Source: a virus. Taken from it: a stretch of 64,000 nucleotides of DNA. Positions 29,501 through 36,089 of the stretch are shown piece after piece. The stretch lies in the IMG/VR virus record IMGVR_UViG_3300017963_000271, positions 4,026-68,025 of that record, one strand, 5' to 3'. Position 1 is the first letter of the stretch; every line of letters begins with the position of its first letter. The position numbers and the translations under genes are program-made. The notes under the pieces were generated by a model. It worked only from the letters and a program-made list of their open reading frames with translations. It searched no databases and was not told the origin of the DNA.

Positions 29501-31910
29501 CTTCTTTGGCAAAGGAGCCGCCTTCCTTCTTTGCCTGCTTGCGAACCTTTTCCAGGGTATCCTGGAACACAGGTTCATACCAATCAAGATACTCGTAATC
29601 TTCAGGCTTCTTGCCTTTGTGCAGCGTGACTTTGTAGACACGCCCTCCACCTTCAAGCACAACATTTCCACCGGTTTCCTGTATTTGTTGGTAAACTTTC
29701 TTAATGCGTTCGAGTTGCGCCTGCATGTATTGTATGTTCGCATTATCTAGTGGTGTACCGGCCGCGAGACGTGTCTCTATAGTATCTTCCCATACAGCGA
29801 TCTCTTCTTCAAAGTCAGCGCGCAAATCATGCGGAACTTCTTTCGTCTCGGATTTTGCCAGCTCTTCTAACCAGAAAGATACCCGTTCAGGATAGGATCC
29901 ATCAACGTCATCCTGATCAAGCGTAAGATTCCCTACTTTGTACTGTCCAGGATAACGCCCTTGTTCCGCATAATGTCGTGCAATTTCTTGAACATCTGTG
30001 AAGTACAAACCCCAGCCAAAAGCCTGTGCGCCTTCTCCTGTACCTATGGCTTGAGTCTTGAATGTCTCAAACTCACGCGGACTGCCGTGCCAGACAGTAT
30101 GCTCACGCAATGTCTTGTCTAGCCGCTCAGGCTCTTCAGCAGCATCAATGGCCTCCTTGAGGATTAAGGACTGGCGAATCTCTTCCATGGCCGCTTGGGT
30201 TTGCCCAGCCTCTTGCAATATCTTGGCGCGTTCCAGACGGTCTTCTCTATCAAGCCGGACCTGCTCTATCTCTTCAGGGGCCGCGGTAACACCCCAAGCA
30301 GCAGCTTCAGCCTTAGTAGCAAACGGGGCTCTGGGCGCACCTTCGTATTCTTCGTATTCAACTTCCGGCTCACCTTCAGGAGGGGCTTCTTCAAGCTCTT
30401 CTGCCGGAGGTACAAGCTTTGCACCCATCTCCTCAGGCACTGCTTCTTCAGGCTTGCCGGCAGGGGGCGCACCAGCTTCTTTTTTAGCAACTTCCCGTTC
30501 AACACCCATACGCTTGGCGGCCACACGTTCAGTTACAAGTTCGCCCATACCAAACATGGGACCGAGAATAGCGCCTATACTGGCAGCAGTACCGACCTCT
30601 TTCCAATTGACAGGACGGCCTTCGGCGACGGCGGAGATGATTTCCTGACCACCTTCCTGACTACCTTCCATCAAACTGCTGACTATGGCCTTGCGTGTAA
30701 AACGTCCAGTCTCGCCGAAGATGCCAAGCCTATTTGTGAAACCTATGAGAGCAGTATTAAGTAAGAAGGAAAGACGCGCACCCTTCTCAGCTTTCTCTTT
30801 ACTCTTTGTAGCCTCAAGAATCTGCCGATATGAATGGCCAGCCTCAGTCATGGACTCGAGAACGGTACTGGTAGAAAGGCCTAACCACCTGGCCATGGTG
30901 GCCGCTGCTTTACTTCCTTGACCTAAGCGCATAGTGGCCGACATGACTCCAAAGCCGGGAATAAAGAACGTGGCCATACTGCCTGCGCCCATGGCAAGCT
31001 GGTCAATGTAGTTGGGATCTTCGGGAGCGAGATTCTTTTGCAATTCTCCACCAAGATCGGCGATTTCCTTGGCGATCTCACTGTTGAGCAGCCATTCCAT
31101 ACTGCCGACGAAACCTTCACCTACGCCAAGCGCACCACTGATAATGTCATCACCAAGACGTTCAATGTAGCGAAGGCGCCGGTCTACTGGTTCGAGCTCC
31201 ATGAGATCCATAACTGCCTGAGCACGATCTTCAGGTGTAAGCTGCGACGCTTTCTCACGCATCTCGCGGACCTGCTGCGCCACCCAGCCTTTTGGTTTCG
31301 CTTCGATAGGGGCTTGCGCGATTTGTGGTCCTTCTTGCTGCCGACGCGCCATTTCGGTTACATAGTCTATGGCACCCTTGACATCCTCATGTGTGATAAC
31401 GCGCTTGGCAGGACCCTCAAATATGCCGGTACTTAGCGCTTCTGCTTGAGCAGGAGAAGGCTCACCAGTGATGGTGTCGTGCCCACCGACATAACGATCA
31501 GGGTGTCCGCTGAGTTTAAATTCCGAAGGCCAATGATACGTTCCCTTTTCATCGGGCACGGGAAAAGCGTCAGCGCGGAATGCGCCTCGGTAATCATAGA
31601 AATGCTGAGGGTCATCGGGATCAGCGTTTATGCCAGTCTCTTCAGCCCAAGAGCCATACCAATCCTTGAATTCTTCTTCCTCTTCCTGGGTCCAGTCTTG
31701 TGGGCGCAATGGTCCACGATCTGTGTCGCCGGCAAATTCTCGCATGGGCTCTAGCGGTTCAGCCCCAGAGAAGGCTTCAGCAATTCGATCTCTAAAAGAC
31801 GGATCAGGATAGTATTCTCTCTGGATGAATGCGTTGATATCATCAATGGGCATGTCATCCGGAAAGTCTATACTCAAATTTTTATCTGGGAGATCAACCG
31901 TGATCGGCAT
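20595..31910 (-). CDS. Giant polyvalent (likely DNA-ejection) protein, 3771 aa
   Basis: ART-PolyVal-like WHGS..GEGAQAFGWGLYF; radical SAM CAHKCAFC; JAB HNHPSG..PS.ED; VIDRH glycosylase-like; HEIGH metallopeptidase; LPD38-like C-terminus (YLRIP). Confidence 0.85.
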   Translation of the reverse strand: MPITVDLPDKNLSIDFPDDMPIDDINAFIQREYYPDPSFRDRIAEAFSGAEPLEPMREFAGDTDRGPLRPQDWTQEEEEEFKDWYGSWAEETGINADPDDPQHFYDYRGAFRADAFPVPDEKGTYHWPSEFKLSGHPDRYVGGHDTITGEPSPAQAEALSTGIFEGPAKRVITHEDVKGAIDYVTEMARRQQEGPQIAQAPIEAKPKGWVAQQVREMREKASQLTPEDRAQAVMDLMELEPVDRRLRYIERLGDDIISGALGVGEGFVGSMEWLLNSEIAKEIADLGGELQKNLAPEDPNYIDQLAMGAGSMATFFIPGFGVMSATMRLGQGSKAAATMARWLGLSTSTVLESMTEAGHSYRQILEATKSKEKAEKGARLSFLLNTALIGFTNRLGIFGETGRFTRKAIVSSLMEGSQEGGQEIISAVAEGRPVNWKEVGTAASIGAILGPMFGMGELVTERVAAKRMGVEREVAKKEAGAPPAGKPEEAVPEEMGAKLVPPAEELEEAPPEGEPEVEYEEYEGAPRAPFATKAEAAAWGVTAAPEEIEQVRLDREDRLERAKILQEAGQTQAAMEEIRQSLILKEAIDAAEEPERLDKTLREHTVWHGSPREFETFKTQAIGTGEGAQAFGWGLYFTDVQEIARHYAEQGRYPGQYKVGNLTLDQDDVDGSYPERVSFWLEELAKSETKEVPHDLRADFEEEIAVWEDTIETRLAAGTPLDNANIQYMQAQLERIKKVYQQIQETGGNVVLEGGGRVYKVTLHKGKKPEDYEYLDWYEPVFQDTLEKVRKQAKKEGGSFAKEVARVLTPDMSPTGRFLYEWLTDTYRDSLVKDKGMRWEEIPAVANPRQEVSMFLLRAGVDGIRYPTETLTRRKKGKPGEKAYNYVIFDENAATIEETLLREGAESLLPKEGPEYSIGRDYNEALQGSAQNTNLFIDPKKGRTKTALVQIATIATRREGETYVAEDYFNKLYAKRGGYWRPVDFWEVPEWLVVAANTFDDAAAVVVRNPETAAEQMNARGFDTILFSAMDVNKEVIKRIAQNFKGRVIVGGYVDPAYFKGVSNIEFHESLESAAKALGYEYKFGYDQRHFQGTRTIPRLCMSTGCAHKCAFCVVPKKVEAMPQASIDEQVEQFKGMKFKLVYLDDKTFGQAPNANYLASIADRIRKFNPDFQGFIIQTTAPAFLKLDPDFLKQVGVRFVELGMESYNDDILARINKPHRTKQLDAAVQKIRDLGMGFVPNVLVGLAGKEKSGKFWSETPQTYGRTLDFLKKNDDIISHVNVYNLALYEGTELASQIESADERDLDENLVVRSYLTNPEIHEKFYRDVLDFAKAQLDKEIPARIPVAETANAEIRAITEKQQQEELPKLKPKSVTDYVKEQFKTLGVGINEEWTEPVYTFKGKEAGSTLRIAQMAQIARNPLYEVSHVIYVKAGKVVSHEAVSARKAGITEAFIDEDWPSFGIRAKEIIKKTGADSVYLLHNHPSGVTKPSDEDIVATSRAFRFVKEFKGHVIINSGTYSTIEKSPTEPGSLRIRTFRLPEAEQRGWEDKLLKPSRPHPLLGEKIAGKEARKQVVALGLSLFEPPNTVAFFYTTSQGTVRALQVTPYTTLEDFYANEVADVLREQAATFGSSRVVAYISPQVANTLSMKGRTTLEKLVKDRVIYDAIQADERYIARSTAQMVGITAKSEEMARGLEMGERVSAKRVLFEEKKEQIGLFKKKRAPKAKLVPTEKAPLEGERLTEHLKALEKSGVGVGRGPFAKPFLVSVGKTTGTIYGPARKSDTARKRTVKRLYGMRTVTEHFRTVDGIKYLVMDRPILPKTKKLRIQKLTELVEQYKHEAPWYENWNQFMGHWEGVIPKNEIERVKKIQAIVSKAASPQGAQTITGAVVKRLEKKGVVRGGNGLGISKDDAKKINFVWKGQDKGKFKELADYQQFYGDKIGAMVYSMLYPRAQDENVVIDRHMPRLWGYNIMWGGFRVSKALRRQIVDDVLEVSKQMDIPPAGIQAALWFATGAGYTGTATHFEEAIQAAPKKSLGRAMFTALTAEPQQMVHFGKGLYYMIRGADRPAKLTAAENKELNALQQRTETMDLFGRPLDDGQERRLEELTHKKEGDQPRPWSRNSVQAHMDAHTEQNPYIPLGHWYPGATRRESFFWDAEPHLTTIYQDEIYDLVDDKLDYRIVALERAKTDPEVKAGKRTVQQIYPNALANVIYETGDFKGFRGKIGEHTDVIYTFDEVPVEEHPVEATLGVSDMVNTAIELPTDLDEVKAVVPRLASNFHQYLQGAIKDYPITISKYYPTLAKAGAATANNVEYGLMADVKGNLSAIRAALSDTVGVRRGQRNVILMHSEYAPNGVRVRFQFKEKDLGKIGRSLRKAQLPDYVLRHDGANYHFDYFVPSNAMEEEALKDRLDTLYKSAGKEGTLEHSIVHAEFLGDVEADFDTAKADYKKHILKFHGKTKGEKIYAEGEIAGAEWEARLPDFYNEVARESGIKIGPDEGELLYSTTIRYSEEAPAGETVDLQDPYSEDRLKVDDKKVLKDRGDQFDEEFQQPDPENDPDWKRDNLNLLRLPELVRLAEKLMQGQLPQVVLKFRKATTRGMFIPGHPEMMKIRADLFKDPAQAKLVLAHEIGHLIDWLPSKEMGRGNILGRIATLRRYLKRTLPHHPGAPGELTEEDRRRLRLEAKRLLEAGKGRTKLIDEMITKELPITPDDVLAIWNAIEKAKLLSPKLYAYIATLNTAAKKLLVKAALKGRVPSEVQRFAKKIQEPTGRKIEVPEELPEKTIAEKYARLVEEEIRRRQLWVATEIREELIRLTHLWKPFDAAADPKYTAYRYSSNELYADALSVLLNSPQMLRRMAPKFYEAFFSWLDTKPEFRDEYNEIQYLIRSGEIDRERTMSIYRMFDDGNDKYYELMKKDWDRSNFWDNLKRDTFDAYHYLLKDIKRVGEGQISPEDNPRYKVENMVYSGSEIEGMLTMVMNNVLKPLKEANLEWDREFGLLAFLERIVFERYAMANPEGWDAETALEKINAMKDEELTEYQWGKLREALDNFRAIHKQYFLDKAEAAQVYDTELVKLFREREQYVSFSAKDYFMDRYGTAAGMRVFQQIGTFKKIFNPATATILKDISFIHSVNRNIAIKSIVKFYLEHQEALPDVKIEPAKKKWNGRFQAIQEPTRKDQGLLVYLDKGKACGYYINRELADMFTQNPYHSSAIAKGLSVLAKPFRMVFTEINYGFWVFNAFFRDLQRAYMSLPKAGVLSFTKNYLKGIKPAFRSVFGIPDDVIKEMQDGNMLISIADVRGLLPEDKQIERLLKMHHMMPGKAYDTKILRPFGHLFNYVSNIAKVGEYYFAGVGRALERTTKVASYTYMKDKFPDMPQDAIAHIVRTRGGSPDFLRSGRAHSIYNNLLLFSNAMKEGYRGDVVAMKEDPKAWWMKKMAFIFVPKLLMAAILWGFLDGDDEESKLSRVMRGVSTYDFLNYICIPLGLTKSGKSVYLRIPTDETSRFLGGVFSLLLRGKDFGFADAALKLGDYMAGQAPTWNPAIDVVAAIVEYAGGNNPYDNFYGRHAVDEQVFLARDARSHKQFGMYLLNKMGASIVYRFRYDEVEKVAEELETVLGFPINSKVADWMIKLPDEPGASNIIGRFLKVSDYGKREEIRRGKKEIQRENARTLLDAKEGVAKLVNEEPLEQKHFVAMALKPDAVDRNMLVALSRRYGWMYYEEYMAARSKQEKWYVLSKMIADSVIPATTYGPIREQPPESGEIPSTYFRFEEEE

Positions 31911-33181
31911 TATTGCTCCTTAACTACAACACCTTTTCCTGGAATATATGTTCCGTGCCGCTTGGTAGTCGTTTCGCCGGCGCCTTCTTTGCCACCTTTT
32001 TCTTCATAGGTACCGCCACGCTCTTTTGCAAAATTCTTGAAATATTCGTCCATGCGTATGCCGATGGCCTGTAGCAGCGCCTTGGCACGATCCTCCATAC
32101 CTGGCATTACGCTTTGGGTCAACACGCCCTGAAGCGCCTCGCGTGCAGGATCATCTTCCTTCATACCCTTCATCGCCATGGTAAGAGCCCACACCATCAT
32201 GGGGTCTTGCTTCGGCGCGATTTGTTTATAGACGGTGAACATCTGCCGCAGATCAGCCGGCAAACCCTCGTCTTCCTGGATGGAGGTAGCTATCTGCCCG
32301 GTATCTACCCATTTCCCATTACGGTACTCTTGCCAATGAAGAAGGCCGTCAGCACCTCTGGCCTTACGCTGTTCCGGCGCTTTCTCAGCTTTTTCTTGCT
32401 CGGCGCGGCGTTGAGCAAGAATAGAATTCTGGGTCTTATGATAATAATCAAAGCGATTCATAGCCATGTTGTACTGATCAATAGCAGTCTGCCGCTTACT
32501 CTTGGCAGTATCGTACACATGCGCACGAAACTGTTTCTTTAACTCATTCCAAGCCTCACGCTGTTCCTTGTTAAGTTTGCCCCGATCAGCCCAGGCAACC
32601 TTACCACCAAAAGCCCGCTCAAACAATTGTGGAAGCAGTTTGGTAGAAGCGTTCATCTCGGCCACAGGATCCATGGCAAAAGGATTTCCACCAATAGCTT
32701 TGAAGACACTCTCCTCGAACTTATCCCGATCAAATATAGTCGGCATGTCCTCAGCGCCCTGCATGCGAGGATCCTTTCGCACTTCTTTGAGTGTGTTTTG
32801 GGCGCGCTCCCACTCTTCTTGCTTGATAACACGCTCGTCCACCATACCGGGAAATGTACGCTTGACAGCTTCATAATCCCAGGTGCCTTGCGGGCGGGCG
32901 CCAAGCTCGGGAGTTTCTTCCCAGCCACGCGCAAACTCCATTCCAATACTGGGAGCGCCTACGTCTTCAGTACCACGAATCTTGCGCTTTTCCTCAGTAG
33001 TCAATTCTCTCGGCTTATCGAAGTCTGAAAGATAGGTCCATCCCGCGCCTTTTCCTGGAATGTTCGTAAATCTCCTTGAAGGAGGCGTGTCATCAGGGCG
33101 AAGATTACCTGCGGACGAAGCGCTACGCAATGTCCTTTTGGGCGCTTTCTTTACTTGAGAAGGGTCTTGGGGTGTTGGCAT
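31910..33181 (-). CDS. Putative internal virion/ejection protein
   Basis: Helical, charged; position before the giant gene as in podoviruses. Confidence 0.5.
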   Translation of the reverse strand: MPTPQDPSQVKKAPKRTLRSASSAGNLRPDDTPPSRRFTNIPGKGAGWTYLSDFDKPRELTTEEKRKIRGTEDVGAPSIGMEFARGWEETPELGARPQGTWDYEAVKRTFPGMVDERVIKQEEWERAQNTLKEVRKDPRMQGAEDMPTIFDRDKFEESVFKAIGGNPFAMDPVAEMNASTKLLPQLFERAFGGKVAWADRGKLNKEQREAWNELKKQFRAHVYDTAKSKRQTAIDQYNMAMNRFDYYHKTQNSILAQRRAEQEKAEKAPEQRKARGADGLLHWQEYRNGKWVDTGQIATSIQEDEGLPADLRQMFTVYKQIAPKQDPMMVWALTMAMKGMKEDDPAREALQGVLTQSVMPGMEDRAKALLQAIGIRMDEYFKNFAKERGGTYEEKGGKEGAGETTTKRHGTYIPGKGVVVKEQ

Positions 33182-33190
33182 TTTCTACTC

Positions 33191-33943
33191 CTATACCTCG
33201 GTTCTTCGGCCGCCTACTGCAACTCCAGATATAGCCGACGCCGATTCAAGTCCTGCTAAATATGTATCAAGGTCTTCCTGTGTATAAAACTTCTCGGTAC
33301 TTTGGACCTGTGTAAGATCTTGTTGATAATTGGTCATGGCTGCCTTCCACGTATCCAATGCAGACTGATACTTGCGGGCGTACTCTGCACCGTACTCCTG
33401 GGTGGCAGCCGCCTCAGCAGCCGACATGGCGCGAGACAGAGCTTCACCATAGCCGGCCAATGCACCACGTTGGATCTCCTTAGCCACGGCAGGATTCTCA
33501 TAGAAGGCCTTGGTAAGAGCGGATCGCAATTCTCTGGATAATGCCCGGCGATAAGGAGCAACCTTCCGCTGTGCCCGCTTGGAGATCTGTGATTCATCAT
33601 ATGTGGGCGCGGTAAACGTGGGGGCTTTTCCCCCACCAACGGTTTTCTGGGTAGTTACTTGGGCGATAGGGGACGCTGCACCACCACCACCACCAGTTCC
33701 GCCTAACGGAGATCCAATAAACTTTATGCCGCCACGTTCATGTGTGGAGACAGGTGCTCCAGTAGAAGACAAATCTGGTACGTCAAATCCACTAAAGGCA
33801 TCACCTATCGTAGATGTACCATAGCCAGGTACTGTAGCGAGTGCTGGTGTATAATATATGGGTGTTTGCCCACCACCGAATTCATCCTCTGACAATGGGA
33901 TGTCATATTGTGACGCTTTGGAAGCCTGTCTAATTGTAGGCAT
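33191..33943 (-). CDS. Putative internal virion/ejection protein
   Basis: Gly/Ala-rich, helical C-terminal half; synteny. Confidence 0.5.
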   Translation of the reverse strand: MPTIRQASKASQYDIPLSEDEFGGGQTPIYYTPALATVPGYGTSTIGDAFSGFDVPDLSSTGAPVSTHERGGIKFIGSPLGGTGGGGGAASPIAQVTTQKTVGGGKAPTFTAPTYDESQISKRAQRKVAPYRRALSRELRSALTKAFYENPAVAKEIQRGALAGYGEALSRAMSAAEAAATQEYGAEYARKYQSALDTWKAAMTNYQQDLTQVQSTEKFYTQEDLDTYLAGLESASAISGVAVGGRRTEV

Positions 33944-34311
33944 TACTTTTTCCTCCTACTGCGTTTTTTGCGATCTTTATTTTGCTGTGCTCTCAGGTGC
34001 TTCTTTTCCTCACGGGTCAATTCTACAAGGCCTTCTCGAAATTTCTGTGCCTGATCTGCTGAAAATGTGTGACCGCGTTGTCGTTGTTCAAGACGCTGTA
34101 CGCGACCTAAAAGGGTGGCCACATCCGCCATTGTTGCACCAAGGCGCTCAACGTGTAAAAATAGTTGAACCGCTGTTTCAACCTCCCGACGCCGGAAGGC
34201 TTCAAGATTCTTGACAGTAAGCTTGCCGGCCTTCGGGATAAAAGGACGCAGCGCCTGGTCAATGAATTTCTTGCGAAAAGCTTGAATTATCGAAGAACTT
34301 CCCACGGCCAT
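33943..34311 (-). CDS. Hypothetical basic protein
   Basis: 122-aa ORF overlapping neighbours. Confidence 0.5.
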   Translation of the reverse strand: MAVGSSSIIQAFRKKFIDQALRPFIPKAGKLTVKNLEAFRRREVETAVQLFLHVERLGATMADVATLLGRVQRLEQRQRGHTFSADQAQKFREGLVELTREEKKHLRAQQNKDRKKRSRRKK

Positions 34312-34694
34312 TGCTCCCGTTCACATTTTATGCACCGGCGTCTTCCATACTTGGGTTGCGCTAATACACGCTTGCGTTCTAGGCGATAAGTATCAATAAG
34401 CTCTTCCGGGGTTAAATCTCCATTCTTCAGAGCGCGTATTGTGGGTTGTAAGGCTTTCATCACATCGTAGGGCAGATTTTCATAAGGGGGTCTACTACCC
34501 ACAGTAAACAAGTTTATGTGATTTTTTCGTTTTGCATTGCGAATGTAGTCTATGTTCTCACGAAGATCCTCAAAGGTGAAATCGTTGTAAACAAGCCATA
34601 CGTAGATGTTTAGTGCCACCTCTAAGTCCCTCATGGAAAACGGCATTGTTACATGCTCTAAAGAATGTAAAAATTCTCTTTTTTCGGGCTTCAT
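34287..34694 (-). CDS. Hypothetical protein
   Basis: 135-aa ORF abutting the previous gene. Confidence 0.5.
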   Translation of the reverse strand: MKPEKREFLHSLEHVTMPFSMRDLEVALNIYVWLVYNDFTFEDLRENIDYIRNAKRKNHINLFTVGSRPPYENLPYDVMKALQPTIRALKNGDLTPEELIDTYRLERKRVLAQPKYGRRRCIKCEREQWPWEVLR

Positions 34695-35936
34695 CTAACA
34701 CTCCCATGTTTTATAATATATTTCACCATTCCACCAACAAGCGCTATCGCATAATGAATCATCACAAATTGATACAGGTGAAATACACTGCTCGGATCCA
34801 AGCGCCACTGCTAAACCACCATCATTACACCAAGTACCGCCACTACTCCCGCAATCCGGAGAATTATCGTATGGAAGACAACAATCCGCACAGGCGCTTC
34901 CCCCCGTCTTGCTTATCTTTTGATACTGGTATACATCATCTACAATATGCTCACAAATGTAATACCATGGCGCGCCTTGATTCGGGCATGACGGATCAGG
35001 TACTCCTTGCATAGTAGCGTGGCAGCCATTTGTCTGTGAGCTCCACTGGCCACCCGTGCTACGAATCTTCCCAGTAACAACCGTGCCACAATCATCTGTT
35101 ACAGTAAATGTGCAATATGCATCGTAGTCTGTTCCGCATGTTCCGCTTGCCGATGTGAGCGTGTCTTGTGGATTACCTGTCGTACCAGCCGTGAAGGAAT
35201 ATCCTGTGCTGCTTGTGGCGAAGGTGTATGGACCGCAACCACCCGTTACGTGTACTGTAATACTGCCCCCGGGAGCTATTGTATCTGCCGTGTTATCATC
35301 ATCAAAAGCAAAGCTATAGCCCGCTTCGTCACAACATTTAGTAGCATCTCGACAAAAGATCTTGAGCGTGGTGTCACATTCACTCTCTTCAAGATCCTTG
35401 AGCGTGACTTTGATAATGTCCATTGCATTATCCGGCCAAACAGACCAACCACCATCGGGAGGATGAATTTTCAAAGGACGAACGGCGAATTTGTCAACCT
35501 CCCAATCATCATGTGGAGCACAGGGTCCGCCACTAGGGCAGTATTGAACACCCCATTCAAGCATCTCCACCGCATTGAAGTAGCCTATACCCTGTGGATA
35601 ACGGAACACATTCGGGTGGCATTCGACGTCATCATCGCAGTAGAGCGGCGCGAAGCACGTCACGATACAGGGGGCGCCCCCTAAACTGGTCACATCATAA
35701 TACTCAGCAGGGCGCGGTTCAAAGAACTCCGGACCAGTCGGGAAGAAGTGCTCGGCCGTGGGATAGTCCCAATCACTAAGATAGGGCTTAACAAGTTCGG
35801 ACATCTTCTGGAGCTTGGCTTGAAGAGCCTGGAACCACGTTGGCTTTTGACTACGCTCTACGTAGCTCAGCCTGGTCTTCTTACTCCGATTGTCCATGTA
35901 CGGCCTTATGCCGTAATCCCTGTCTACTTTGGGCAT
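34695..35936 (-). CDS. Cys-rich protein with Ig-like segment (putative virion)
   Basis: VTGGCGPYTF...FTVTDDCG Ig/SprB-like pattern; about 27 Cys. Confidence 0.6.
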   Translation of the reverse strand: MPKVDRDYGIRPYMDNRSKKTRLSYVERSQKPTWFQALQAKLQKMSELVKPYLSDWDYPTAEHFFPTGPEFFEPRPAEYYDVTSLGGAPCIVTCFAPLYCDDDVECHPNVFRYPQGIGYFNAVEMLEWGVQYCPSGGPCAPHDDWEVDKFAVRPLKIHPPDGGWSVWPDNAMDIIKVTLKDLEESECDTTLKIFCRDATKCCDEAGYSFAFDDDNTADTIAPGGSITVHVTGGCGPYTFATSSTGYSFTAGTTGNPQDTLTSASGTCGTDYDAYCTFTVTDDCGTVVTGKIRSTGGQWSSQTNGCHATMQGVPDPSCPNQGAPWYYICEHIVDDVYQYQKISKTGGSACADCCLPYDNSPDCGSSGGTWCNDGGLAVALGSEQCISPVSICDDSLCDSACWWNGEIYYKTWEC

Positions 35937-36089
35937 CCTCTATTGCTCTCTGCAAAGTGTTTGGCTGCGTTTTGATTACTATCATTTGATCCGGCTGACG
36001 ATCAGGATCCAAGTTGCGCCGGATGACATTTCTCAAATGGGGCTTGGTTAAGTCGCCTCTTAACGGTTTGCTACGCGAAGCGGAGCTGT

